Below are positions 1 through 9,356 of a DNA stretch of 64,000 nucleotides, in pieces. Location: sequence record NC_028999.1; one strand, given 5' to 3'. The first letter of the stretch is position 1, and each line of letters opens with the position of its first letter. Below the pieces are notes generated by a model that saw only the letters and a program-made list of their open reading frames with translations, was not told where the DNA came from and searched no databases. Both the position numbers and the translations under genes were made by a program.

Positions 1-2
1 AA

Positions 3-275
3 GAGTTTCAAAAGTACGGCATTTATCGCACGTGCCGGGATTGGGAAGAAGCAGTGAAAGCCAGTGCGAAGGGGCTTAGTAAAGATGGCGTTAAGGCAAT
101 CATGGATGTCTTCCAGGAAGTCCACGGAATCAAACCTGAGGAAGATAAACCGAAGGCTGCGAGTATCCGTGACATTGTGATCGTCGGGGAATACACGATT
201 GGTAGTGTACTAGACTTCATGGGCGAATTGGCCAAAGCAGACTCCATACTCGAAAAGCTATTTAAGAAAAGGTAG
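3..275 (+). CDS. Hypothetical protein, 3' part (gene starts before the window)
   Basis: Frame is open from base 3 to TAG at 275; followed closely by the RNAP subunit gene. Confidence 0.6.
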   Translation, partial: EFQKYGIYRTCRDWEEAVKASAKGLSKDGVKAIMDVFQEVHGIKPEEDKPKAASIRDIVIVGEYTIGSVLDFMGELAKADSILEKLFKKR

Positions 276-286
276 GTAGGACCAAG

Positions 287-1909
287 ATGGATCCGTTTCT
301 CAACCAGAGAATCAAAGAAAGGACCCCAGAGTTCAATAAGACCCTTGCCAACGGTCTTGCGATTGAGCACATGATGGGCCTCAATGAGGCTGGGATCAAC
401 AACACCCGAGCGCTGATTGATAACCTGTTCCAGATCAACTCCGCGCTCTTTCCGGAGGGTTTTAAGTATCACGGTAACGTTGTTGTACGGGCTGAGAAAC
501 ACTTCGAAGAGATCACACGGGAATACGGTTCGCGGCGCGTTGCCAACATCGCGCCATCGAATCTGTACATGATCGCTTTGAAGACCAGCTTTAAGGGCGA
601 AGAACTCTTCGATCGCCACATGTTGATACCTTTCGTTGAACAAGGTGGTACGACTGTATTGAACGGGGCGCGTTACGGGATCGCCCCTGTTCTAACTGAT
701 GTGGGTTACTCAGTTCTGAACAACAGCATCTTCATTCCGTTCCGGCGGGCGAAGTTGACATTCAAACAGAAAGACCACCATTATTTGTGCAACGGTGATT
801 TGCAGATCATGTACGTGATCTGGTCACAGATCCACAACGAGATGTCGAAGCGAACCAAGCGAGATCTGGACAATCGCCAATACATCGAGTCGTGCCTGGC
901 ACATTACTTCTTCTGTGAATTCGGTCTGATTGAGACCTTCAAACGTTGGGGTAATGCAGATCTGCAAATCGGGTATCTCAAGGATTTCCCTGAGAGCCAA
1001 TACCCACGTGACCAATGGTGCGTCTACGAGTCAGCGTTCCTGACGGGTAAACATCCCACTGGTGACATGGTTCTGGTTATCCCACGTCATCAGGAAACTG
1101 ATTTCGTGAAACGCTTGGTAGCTGGTTTCTGGTATGTGGTCGACACGTTCCCCAGTCGGTTCTATGAGCCGAGCTATCTGGATAACAAATCGATCTGGCG
1201 TATCATCCTCGGCTTGATGATCTTTGGTGACTTTGAACACCAGGGTAAACTGGCTGAGAACATTGATAACCATCTGGATAGTTTTAACAACTCACTGGAT
1301 GAGATGACCATCGAGGAGCTTCGCTCGGTGGATGTCAATGTCAGCACTATCTGGGAACTGTTGTATGCCATCATGACGCACTTGGCACATCACCTGTATG
1401 CCACGGATATCGATGAAACCAGTATGTACAACAAGCGGTTGAGCATCCTGCGTTACGTAATGGATGAGTTCAACTATGCCGTAACCATGTTTGGTTTTAC
1501 GTTCCAAGCCAGACGTGATAAGGATTGGACTGCCCAGGAAATCAACGATGCCCTGAAACGTTCGTTCAAACTCAATACCTGTATTCGCAAACTCACCAGC
1601 GAACACGGGGAGATGGAGACGATCAGTATGCCTGGCGACAATAAGGCTATTAAGATCACCTCTATCTTGGTACCGCAAGATCGTGCTAAGACCAGCAAGG
1701 CGCACAATAAGTCTCTTATTGGCGACTCTACCAGGCTGATCCACGCATCGATTGCGGAGGTCGGCCAATATAAGAACCAACCGAAGAACAACCCGGATGG
1801 TCGTGGCCGACTCAATCTCTTCGTAGGTGTACGATACGATGGGATGATTGAACGGCGCGATGACGATCGGGAATTATTGGACGCCACCCAAAAGCGTTTC
1901 GCCCGTTAA
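287..1909 (+). CDS. Non-virion RNA polymerase beta-like N-terminal subunit (phiKZ gp123-like)
   Basis: 540 aa; PFVEQGGTTVLNGARYGIAPVL resembles the RpoB N-terminal G.F.ING.ERV region; size and position upstream of the portal block match phiKZ synteny (recall). Confidence 0.75.
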   Translation: MDPFLNQRIKERTPEFNKTLANGLAIEHMMGLNEAGINNTRALIDNLFQINSALFPEGFKYHGNVVVRAEKHFEEITREYGSRRVANIAPSNLYMIALKTSFKGEELFDRHMLIPFVEQGGTTVLNGARYGIAPVLTDVGYSVLNNSIFIPFRRAKLTFKQKDHHYLCNGDLQIMYVIWSQIHNEMSKRTKRDLDNRQYIESCLAHYFFCEFGLIETFKRWGNADLQIGYLKDFPESQYPRDQWCVYESAFLTGKHPTGDMVLVIPRHQETDFVKRLVAGFWYVVDTFPSRFYEPSYLDNKSIWRIILGLMIFGDFEHQGKLAENIDNHLDSFNNSLDEMTIEELRSVDVNVSTIWELLYAIMTHLAHHLYATDIDETSMYNKRLSILRYVMDEFNYAVTMFGFTFQARRDKDWTAQEINDALKRSFKLNTCIRKLTSEHGEMETISMPGDNKAIKITSILVPQDRAKTSKAHNKSLIGDSTRLIHASIAEVGQYKNQPKNNPDGRGRLNLFVGVRYDGMIERRDDDRELLDATQKRFAR

Positions 1910-1934
1910 CAATTAAGCAATAGGAATACACCAG

Positions 1935-2720
1935 ATGCAAAACATGAACCTTCCCCATTTCTCCCAACTCGGTCTGCCGGTACCATTTCACGGCGTCGAC
2001 CAGAATACCTTCAATGGTAATCTGCCAGCAATGAATGATAAGGTTCCTCCGGTACAACTGTCGCAGTTGATGATGCAGAATCAACAGGCAGTTTATCAAG
2101 TCATTGCGAAGTTTCGCCTCAACGCGCAGATGGCTGTAAACAAAGGCTATCTGCAAATGTTCTGCTACAACCTGTTGTCGCAGAATGGTTTTCAGAATCC
2201 GGTGTATCAACAATGGGCTCAAACTGCGGTGGACTTCTTTGAGTTCCTCGTAGTGGGTAAAGGGTATCAGCCTCAACAAGCGATTGATATGGCTGCACAA
2301 CGTGTCATGGAAGCTTTCATTGGCATGGCGTTCGCTACCTATCAACAGGGTCTGTCGCAGCTGGTGGAACCCTCCCGTATCCCCAGTCTGCAAACAGCAG
2401 TCCAAATCTATCATCAGATCACTGCGGATATCCAACGTTTCAAATCGGGTGGTGGCATGGCAATGAACATGGGGGGTGCTCCCATGGGTGGTGTCAGCAT
2501 GGGTACTCAGCTCCCCCCGATCAGCACTGTCGGCGGCACTCCGATGGGTGGTCTTAGCAATTTCGCTACCAGCAGCGCCCCTGCGTTCAGCAGTCCGCTC
2601 CACTCCATGTCCAACAACACGCCCGCCGCAACCAACACCAATAACACTGGTAGTGCCTTCTACGATGATCCTCCCCCCAGCGAAACCTCTTCAACCTGTA
2701 GAGGAATGGGGTTCTGGTAA
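1935..2720 (+). CDS. Hypothetical protein, N-terminal half of a probable frameshifted gene (Q/N/M/G-rich)
   Basis: RBS (aggaa) upstream; phage-like codon use up to ~2675, after which the tail SETSSTCRGMGFW looks out of frame. Confidence 0.6.
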   Translation: MQNMNLPHFSQLGLPVPFHGVDQNTFNGNLPAMNDKVPPVQLSQLMMQNQQAVYQVIAKFRLNAQMAVNKGYLQMFCYNLLSQNGFQNPVYQQWAQTAVDFFEFLVVGKGYQPQQAIDMAAQRVMEAFIGMAFATYQQGLSQLVEPSRIPSLQTAVQIYHQITADIQRFKSGGGMAMNMGGAPMGGVSMGTQLPPISTVGGTPMGGLSNFATSSAPAFSSPLHSMSNNTPAATNTNNTGSAFYDDPPPSETSSTCRGMGFW

Positions 2721-4026
2721 TCAAGCAGGTAACAACCAATACGGCACTTATTCGGAGCCCGCCACAATGCAAAATCAACCCCCGCAACAACCGAATGCAC
2801 CTGTGGTAGAAGAAACGAACCTCCCGATCCCAACGACTGTGAAGGAAGTTCAAATCGATCCGTCGTATTACCAGCCCGCAGGTTCCAAACCGAACTTCGA
2901 GCGTCCGTACGATCTGATCTGGAATCCGGGTGGTATCGAAATTCGTCCGGCCCATCAGACCGATTGGGAACGCACCGTGGGTGATGATACTCCGTACTCG
3001 GAGCTGCATGACCCAGCTAAGTGGTGCCTGTTCTATGTGAAGTTCCCTGATGGCGCCATCAAAGAAGCTTTCAAAGAATGGAATCCTCAGATGGAATACC
3101 TGCGTCACGAACTGAACGATGATCTGCGTCGTCAAACCTATCGTCCCTCCGGCGTGGTCTATGCGAACGATACTCCGGTATCCACCGTTGGTGGTAACCC
3201 CAACAACATGGCAGAAGTTGAGTCCATGGTAAAAGATGGTACCCTGCCGGAAACGGGCGCACGTTCTCCTCTGATCCTTGATCGGAAGCTCTATTTGGGA
3301 GCAACTGAACTGGAAGTGGAGGCCATGGTACGAGCTGATGTTCGTGAAATCCTGGAAGTGGAAGATGTTAATGCTGAACTGCCTGCTTATGAGTACACCA
3401 CTCTGAACATGCACAGCATGGATATTTCTGACGAGCTGTACAATGAACTCGTTGGTATCCTGTCTTCCACTGACATGATTGAGGTGGCTACTCGTCTGAA
3501 GGAACTGGTGCTGCGTGGTAGCCTGTCTATCCGCTACTTCCGTTTCCTGAATGAGCGCCTGACCAAGTGCATCAACGACTACATGGCTGATTCCATGTCC
3601 ATGTCTATCGATATCACTGATTTCTGCCAAGACATCGGTGAGCTGCTCGATTACATCGCCCAGAAGAAAGGTCAGCAGATGCTGAAAATTCTGAAGGATG
3701 GTGGCGCAGCCATTATCGGTAAAGCAGCTACTATGGTTGAAGTCGATGGTGATCGTGGTGTTGCTGATCAACTCGTTACTTTCCAAACGGGCTGGACTCT
3801 GGAACAACTGTCCACTCTGAACATCCTGACTGAGAAAGCGGTGCTGGTTTCTGGCGGTACTCATCCGACCGTTCTGGAAATCCTGCGTGGTATGATCAGT
3901 CGTTCTACTCAACAAGAACGTCTGCTCACCCATCGTCTGCGCATTGCTACTCTGGATGGCGTGTATCTGGAAGTGATCAAAGGTCAGCTGGCTGAACGTG
4001 CTGTTCTGCTCAAGCGCCTGAAGTAA
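2677..4026 (+). CDS. Hypothetical protein, C-terminal half of the same probable gene (+1 frame)
   Basis: Part of track ORF 2476..4026; reads as credible protein only from PAKPLQPVEEW onward; no good RBS/start nearby; ends just before a terminator. Confidence 0.65.
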   Translation, partial: PAKPLQPVEEWGSGNQAGNNQYGTYSEPATMQNQPPQQPNAPVVEETNLPIPTTVKEVQIDPSYYQPAGSKPNFERPYDLIWNPGGIEIRPAHQTDWERTVGDDTPYSELHDPAKWCLFYVKFPDGAIKEAFKEWNPQMEYLRHELNDDLRRQTYRPSGVVYANDTPVSTVGGNPNNMAEVESMVKDGTLPETGARSPLILDRKLYLGATELEVEAMVRADVREILEVEDVNAELPAYEYTTLNMHSMDISDELYNELVGILSSTDMIEVATRLKELVLRGSLSIRYFRFLNERLTKCINDYMADSMSMSIDITDFCQDIGELLDYIAQKKGQQMLKILKDGGAAIIGKAATMVEVDGDRGVADQLVTFQTGWTLEQLSTLNILTEKAVLVSGGTHPTVLEILRGMISRSTQQERLLTHRLRIATLDGVYLEVIKGQLAERAVLLKRLK

Positions 4027-4049
4027 TCCGCAATATTGCATCTGGTATT

Positions 4050-4078
4050 GCCCCACCTTCGGGTGGGGCTTCTTTTCG
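4050..4078 (+). terminator. Rho-independent terminator
   Basis: GCCCCACC-TTCG-GGTGGGGC followed by TTCTTTTC. Confidence 0.85.
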
Positions 4079-4090
4079 TCTGGGGGTTAA

Positions 4091-4600
4091 ATGAAACTGA
4101 TCAAACAGGAAGACGGTACGTTTAAGGCGATCGTCGAATGGGAAGTATTGAGACAACACATGGTGGAATCCCTGCGGTCCGATCCGTTCATTCCAGATGA
4201 ACTGAAAGACGCCATCGTGGAAAGGAATCGTCAGAAGAACTTGCTGACGATCTTCGAGAATTCCAGTTTGCGTAAACGAATTGATCTACAGTACATGCTC
4301 GCGGAGTTCAATACACCTGATCTCCAGCACTATTACAAAGCATACGAGCGAGCAGCTCGTCTGATGTACACGGATATCAATCGTGGCTGTGCCGCGGTGA
4401 CTGGTTATGAAATCATTAATAACAGTGCCCTGATGCTAGGTCCGCGTTTAGAGTTCAACCTGTCTGGGGCAGGCTTCATGGCTCGTGACATGTATCGTGT
4501 TTACGACCTGGGTGTTGAACTTAACCTTGATTTCCGCTTCATCCTCAACCAAGACTTCGATCTCTTCGACATCTATGGCGTTGACATACGCTTGGGCTAA
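4091..4600 (+). CDS. Degenerate prohead-protease paralogue 1 (predicted inactive)
   Basis: LAEFNTP and RLMYTDINRGCAAV align with FMEFKHP and RIRKIDDDRVCAHI of the protease at 61973..62812; His replaced by Ala. Confidence 0.5.
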   Translation: MKLIKQEDGTFKAIVEWEVLRQHMVESLRSDPFIPDELKDAIVERNRQKNLLTIFENSSLRKRIDLQYMLAEFNTPDLQHYYKAYERAARLMYTDINRGCAAVTGYEIINNSALMLGPRLEFNLSGAGFMARDMYRVYDLGVELNLDFRFILNQDFDLFDIYGVDIRLG

Positions 4601-4614
4601 CTAGGGTAATAACA

Positions 4615-5025
4615 ATGCTACAAACCGATTATGGAGTAAAAACGGAGTTTGTTACACTCGGTCGTTTACCCAAATGGATGCTTGATGCCGAGGGGATGGG
4701 TAAGGTAACTGATCAAATTCAAGCGGGTAAACTGCTATGTGAATTCGGCCATCCTGATATCGCAGGTTTGGATGACCATTCGATTGTTAAACGTTGCCGT
4801 GATATCAATTACAATCGCGTGTGTGCTCAGACCATCGGTATCACGCCGGTGTATGTGAATGCAACCTTGCAGGGATATAACGTCTCCGTACAGCCATGTG
4901 GTCCCATGCACTCTCTTTTGGAGACGGGGAATTATCGTCTGGGTGTTCGTGGGTTAAAACGAGAAGACGGAGAACTCGTGGAATTGATTACGTTCGACGT
5001 TTTACCGGTAAAGAATCGTAATTAA
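4615..5025 (+). CDS. Degenerate prohead-protease paralogue 2 (predicted inactive)
   Basis: LCEFGHP, RCRDINYNRVCAQT, VQPCGP and LGVRG align with EFKHP, RVCAHI, VKPYGP and CSVRS of the true protease; His to Gln, Ser to Gly. Confidence 0.65.
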   Translation: MLQTDYGVKTEFVTLGRLPKWMLDAEGMGKVTDQIQAGKLLCEFGHPDIAGLDDHSIVKRCRDINYNRVCAQTIGITPVYVNATLQGYNVSVQPCGPMHSLLETGNYRLGVRGLKREDGELVELITFDVLPVKNRN

Positions 5026-5039
5026 ACCGGTTTAAAGCC

Positions 5040-5047
5040 TACATTAC
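5040..5047 (+). promoter_or_regulatory. Possible early promoter (TACATTAC, 1 mismatch to phiKZ early TATATTAC)
   Basis: Preceded by TTTAAA, in the intergenic gap ~50 bp before the ATG at 5095. Confidence 0.3.
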
Positions 5048-5094
5048 AAATGAGATGTAGGCTAACCCAATCTAATGATCAAAAGGATATTCTA

Positions 5095-5766
5095 ATGCAA
5101 GCCATGATCAACGCTGTTCGTCGTATTCCGTTCTTCCGTTCGGTTGATAGCAATGCGATGGAACGTGAATTCTTTTCCACTATCCTCGATGACGATTATA
5201 GCGTCACTGTCATGGATAAGAAGGAGCCCATCATGAAAGAAGTATTCGCGATGGAAGATCTGCCTAGTGTAGGTGATCCCAGCCTCGTGTACAAGGTTAC
5301 CTCCACCTCGGACATGTTCCGTTGGGTTAACGGTCAATACGTCACCTACAACCCCTATCTGGATCCGAAGGAAATACATGATGAACGGGTCATGTTGATT
5401 GATCCATATGCTAACATGCCCTCGATCTCGGAAGACAAGCTCAAGGCCGGCGGCGACATGCGTTTGTCGATGATCTACAACGTGCAAGCTCTGCGTGAAG
5501 ATCTTCGCCGACTCAACGAACTGGGTGTAAACCTGGAAGTCTTGATTGATCGCAACCTGCGTCAATCTGGTTATGACACCCCGTCCACTTGGCTGATCCA
5601 GAACCATACCCTGCTCGTGCGCCAACTACGTTCCATCATGAAAGGCAAGAACAACTACGATAAGCATGTCGTAGAGGGACTGGCTTTGCAAGGCGTAGAT
5701 GTGTGGTATGACATCAAAACTCAACGTGTTGGTTTCCGTGATGGATTGTTTGTGGTAGCGGTATAA
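5095..5766 (+). CDS. Hypothetical protein
   Basis: Track ORF 5050..5766; ATG at 5095 follows AAGGA RBS. Confidence 0.7.
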   Translation: MQAMINAVRRIPFFRSVDSNAMEREFFSTILDDDYSVTVMDKKEPIMKEVFAMEDLPSVGDPSLVYKVTSTSDMFRWVNGQYVTYNPYLDPKEIHDERVMLIDPYANMPSISEDKLKAGGDMRLSMIYNVQALREDLRRLNELGVNLEVLIDRNLRQSGYDTPSTWLIQNHTLLVRQLRSIMKGKNNYDKHVVEGLALQGVDVWYDIKTQRVGFRDGLFVVAV

Positions 5767-5781
5767 GCCTAGTGATAATGA

Positions 5782-5832
5782 CGACATAGAGCCCCTCCGT
5801 AATGGAGGGGCCTTATGCCGTTATTTTTTTTT
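5782..5832. terminator. Bidirectional hairpin with CATA/TATG arms
   Basis: CGACATA-ga-GCCCCTCC-gtaat-GGAGGGGC-ct-TATGCCG then a T-run; lies between convergent genes. Confidence 0.8.
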
Positions 5833-6262
5833 ATGTTTCCGCAAACGTTAATGTAGCTGACGTTGTCGGTAGATATGCCATGGAGCGAGCTGATGGCTGT
5901 AGTGTTACAGTGTTCCCAGTGATCGGTACTTCAATATACTCATCAGGTTCCATTGGTATCCCAATGGTGTCACGCAATACACGAACAACGTCACGGTTCG
6001 TTGCGTATTGTCCACGCTTTCCCGGAATCTTAACCCCACGAAGGTCTTGCTCAATCGGACGACGATTAAAGTTGATAACTTGCGAACCAGTAAAATTCAA
6101 ACTGGTTGAAGTAGCTCGAATCGTTACCCGTGAATTACACTGCCCCTGTAACCAGATTTCAATATTATCCCACGTCACATCACTTAACGTGATGGGCGGG
6201 TTGATCCTGTTAGCTGCATTGAATTCATTGAGCAAAGCTTGACGAACATTCTTAACATGCAT
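5831..6262 (-). CDS. Virion/baseplate structural protein
   Basis: Start moved to ATG at 6262 (GAGGT RBS just after the upstream stop); shares L..IN..N and F.R..I motifs with 6271..7146 and 24583..25110. Confidence 0.6.
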   Translation of the reverse strand: MHVKNVRQALLNEFNAANRINPPITLSDVTWDNIEIWLQGQCNSRVTIRATSTSLNFTGSQVINFNRRPIEQDLRGVKIPGKRGQYATNRDVVRVLRDTIGIPMEPDEYIEVPITGNTVTLQPSARSMAYLPTTSATLTFAET

Positions 6263-6270
6263 AGCCCACC

Positions 6271-7146
6271 TCAGTCGTAATGTATCAACAATTGCCCCAC
6301 CACATCCAAACACTTGGTAGAACTAAGCTCTATAACGAGCACCATGCGTTTATCTTTGCGTGGGGTATACCGAGGTAGGGGGATGCCATGATAAACCACC
6401 TTGAAGCGTTGCTGGCCGTTTAAAACGTCATAGCACACATTGTGCGATACGGCTGATTCAGAAGTGGTCCATGGTTGTCCTGTGACTTTCTTCAAGATCG
6501 CTGCAAAGCGTTTGGTATCAGGGAAGAAATCCCCAACCTTAATGTTCTTCAAGTATTCACGATGAGGCGTGAAGTCATACCCGGTTACATAGTACGTACC
6601 AGAGATCTTAGTGCCATCGTTCCCTACTGGGAAACGGTTGGCGGTAGGAAACTCTAGTTGAGTAGAAAATGTACCTAGGTCTTTCTTCAGCGTATTCGAC
6701 AAACGAATTTTGAGAGAACCCACCCAACGTAGTGATTTAGGGTTTGCTTGAATAATGTATTCCTGCCCATATCGGTCCATCTCGAAATGCACAAGGTCAC
6801 TCACGTCGAAGACGATATCGTTCAGTTTTGCAATATCTGCCGCAAACTCTACAGTGGTGTAAGGTAGACGCTTTCCAGCGATGGTTTGTGTCCCAGACTG
6901 CCTAAAGAACGTAGCCAGATCTAAACGATCGTAGGTGTATTCAGTCAGTTCAACTTCCGGTAACATATTACCAGGACTGGTGCTACGATGGACACCAATC
7001 TTGATACGAGTCTTGGTACCGCCTAACGATTCGAACTCTTCCAACGTCGTGCTACCCGGAAACAACTGGGTTAAGCACGCCTCGTTGATCATGTCGATAA
7101 TGGCCGTCCAAGGAGAAGATTTAAGATAGTCCCTGGTGATGTACAT
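6271..7146 (-). CDS. Virion/baseplate structural protein (phiKZ gp127-like)
   Basis: 291 aa; YTYDRLDLATFF motif; synteny upstream of the portal. Confidence 0.6.
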   Translation of the reverse strand: MYITRDYLKSSPWTAIIDMINEACLTQLFPGSTTLEEFESLGGTKTRIKIGVHRSTSPGNMLPEVELTEYTYDRLDLATFFRQSGTQTIAGKRLPYTTVEFAADIAKLNDIVFDVSDLVHFEMDRYGQEYIIQANPKSLRWVGSLKIRLSNTLKKDLGTFSTQLEFPTANRFPVGNDGTKISGTYYVTGYDFTPHREYLKNIKVGDFFPDTKRFAAILKKVTGQPWTTSESAVSHNVCYDVLNGQQRFKVVYHGIPLPRYTPRKDKRMVLVIELSSTKCLDVVGQLLIHYD

Positions 7147-7149
7147 GTG

Positions 7150-9321
7150 TTACCCCGGTAATTTCGGCCAATTAGCATCGGTTGAGTTCTTATAATCGGG
7201 TAAATCACCCGTCTCGTTGGGATTATTCACCGGCTCAATCACTACGCTCCGTACTCCGATATCGCAACCACGGATATAATAGAGTGTGTCCTTAAAGCTG
7301 GTTTCTCGTACCTCAACGAATGGGTTAATTCGCCAACGATCTTCTTGGTCGTAACGATATCGAATATTAGGCGACAAAGCATCGTCGTAGATCCTCCACC
7401 GTTTACTCGATTCCGTGCGATAGGACCTCACATTGATGTTAGCTACAGGCGTAATCAGGTTACCATCCATTAGTGAGGTGATATCCCCTACTCGCGGCAC
7501 CACCATACCCAATACATGGAAATCGGTGAATGCTACGTTTCGCAGATACTGCAACGGGTAACTTGTCAATCTCCCCATCAATGCCAGCAACTCACGTTGA
7601 ATCTGACCTAGAGTAATCACTTCATGTAGGTTAGAACCCGTAGCAATATTGATCGTATCCTGACACAGTTGTTCCAGTTCCGATGTATCTAGATCCAGAA
7701 TGTCAAAAGCCGCTGCTCTGAAATAGGCTTCAAAAGTCATACCTATTTCGGGTACCAGGTCACACTTACGATTCATGTAGTGGTACTTAGTGAGTTGTTC
7801 ACAGTAAGCTCGACTACGTTGATGCTCTTGGAACGAATACATTTCCCATTGGCGCAGGTACTCTTGATGCAGTTTAGCGCAATCTAGATAGAACTGCTCG
7901 GTGGAGATATATTGCTTGAGTGGTGTATGCATGTCCTGAATCGCTTGAATCAGCTTGTCTGAGATCAGGCGTTTAGGTACTGCATTTCTCAACTCAGTAA
8001 AGGTTGGGAAACGATCACGTAGAACATCATAGGCGATCAAACGCGGAATGGTGGGCATGGGGATATCCCGTGCCTTGCAATACGTATAGACCGTTACAAT
8101 CAACGCTGCTCGAACAGACACTGTCATGTACTCACCCGTACGCGGGTTAGGTACCTGAATATAAGCCCGATAACGATCGCTAGTGGCTAGGTGTAACCAT
8201 TCGTTAAGTAATACGGACATTAAAGTCCTTACGTTGGAATTCGAACGGTCAATAACCTCAGAGTCAAAGACTTTGGTTTCCAGAATTGAATACTGGTCGC
8301 TACCCATCTGTTCGACAATTTCTTGCTCGGCATCAAATCGTACAATCGGGTTATCGCGTGCAAGATCATCTTCACGTTCCAGTAGATCAGCAACGGTGAC
8401 TTTCTCTTGACCAGGTTGGACAATCGGGAAGTTCACATCATGCTTCACCATATCTACAGCTGGACGAAGATCTTCTAACATGTCTTCGTTGTTCTGTTCG
8501 ATAGTGTACGAGATTAACGGAATACCCCGTGGCGTGAGAATATTGTCAACCAGACGTTGCCATGTATCTTGTTTGCCGGCGTTACGTTGTATGTAAGCAA
8601 TGTTCCGATATAACCACAATTTCTGACGAATATCCAAATAAGGCATGAACTCGTCAAGTCTACCATGGGAAGCCAGGTACTCGGTGATATGGTAGCTATG
8701 GGCTTTATTAGTCTTTGCGTTACGCAGTCGGATATTCATAATTGCCAGTGGTAATTGGCAATACATATTACCCAAAAACGTAGCCAGGTAAAGATCATCA
8801 GTTAAATTAAACTGACTATTGTACCAACGGTTGATGAAGGTAGTAACCCACTCCTGTAAAAGGAAAGCAAAATTGTCTTCTTGGTCTTCAACATAATCAG
8901 GATCATAGTACAAAATAGTACCATTATTTGAATTGATCGCCGTATTAATGTCGATGGGATAGAGGATTCCGTTGATCAATGGCGTCTGGTCAGGGTACTG
9001 AAGAGCCAGTGCGTTGTAAAGCTGTGAACCAGGATAATATTCCCGTGCAGTAGCACGGTGGAGCGCTAGATTTTCTTTTGTAAAATCTATCAACTCCAGG
9101 GTGTCAGCTGAACGTACTGTCATCATGACATCAGTGGAATGGTATTCCCCCGACATGTTCAGATAGTACTTCCAGGTTTCCGGATGCTCAGGATCGGATT
9201 CAACACCGATCTCTAAGAGTCGATCATTGATCTGCGTGGCGACATCGTCAAACTTAATGACGATAGATCTCGCCAATCTCATGACATCATCACGGTAAAC
9301 ACCAAAATACATGCTACTCAT
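7150..9321 (-). CDS. Virion structural/baseplate protein (phiKZ gp128-like)
   Basis: 723 aa ORF divergent from the portal, as in phiKZ-like phages (recall). Confidence 0.65.
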   Translation of the reverse strand: MSSMYFGVYRDDVMRLARSIVIKFDDVATQINDRLLEIGVESDPEHPETWKYYLNMSGEYHSTDVMMTVRSADTLELIDFTKENLALHRATAREYYPGSQLYNALALQYPDQTPLINGILYPIDINTAINSNNGTILYYDPDYVEDQEDNFAFLLQEWVTTFINRWYNSQFNLTDDLYLATFLGNMYCQLPLAIMNIRLRNAKTNKAHSYHITEYLASHGRLDEFMPYLDIRQKLWLYRNIAYIQRNAGKQDTWQRLVDNILTPRGIPLISYTIEQNNEDMLEDLRPAVDMVKHDVNFPIVQPGQEKVTVADLLEREDDLARDNPIVRFDAEQEIVEQMGSDQYSILETKVFDSEVIDRSNSNVRTLMSVLLNEWLHLATSDRYRAYIQVPNPRTGEYMTVSVRAALIVTVYTYCKARDIPMPTIPRLIAYDVLRDRFPTFTELRNAVPKRLISDKLIQAIQDMHTPLKQYISTEQFYLDCAKLHQEYLRQWEMYSFQEHQRSRAYCEQLTKYHYMNRKCDLVPEIGMTFEAYFRAAAFDILDLDTSELEQLCQDTINIATGSNLHEVITLGQIQRELLALMGRLTSYPLQYLRNVAFTDFHVLGMVVPRVGDITSLMDGNLITPVANINVRSYRTESSKRWRIYDDALSPNIRYRYDQEDRWRINPFVEVRETSFKDTLYYIRGCDIGVRSVVIEPVNNPNETGDLPDYKNSTDANWPKLPG

Positions 9322-9356
9322 GGTAATTTACTCACTTGTTAAATTAGGGGCTTCAA

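Noticed and set aside
23-643. 206-aa minus-strand ORF
   Set aside because: Antisense to the RNAP subunit gene and the upstream gene; no supporting signals.
2587-4056. 489-aa antisense ORF (also 44100..45323, 30273..31466, 33489..34355, 28735..29505, 48009..48806 and similar)
   Set aside because: Shadow ORFs: highly expressed phage genes avoid TTA/CTA/TCA codons, so the opposite strand lacks stops. They have no RBS, no motifs and unnatural composition.
5821-5832. Poly-T runs at 5821-5832, 56290-56298 and 61961-61974 as slippage sites
   Set aside because: Intergenic and just downstream of hairpins; explained as terminator U-tracts.
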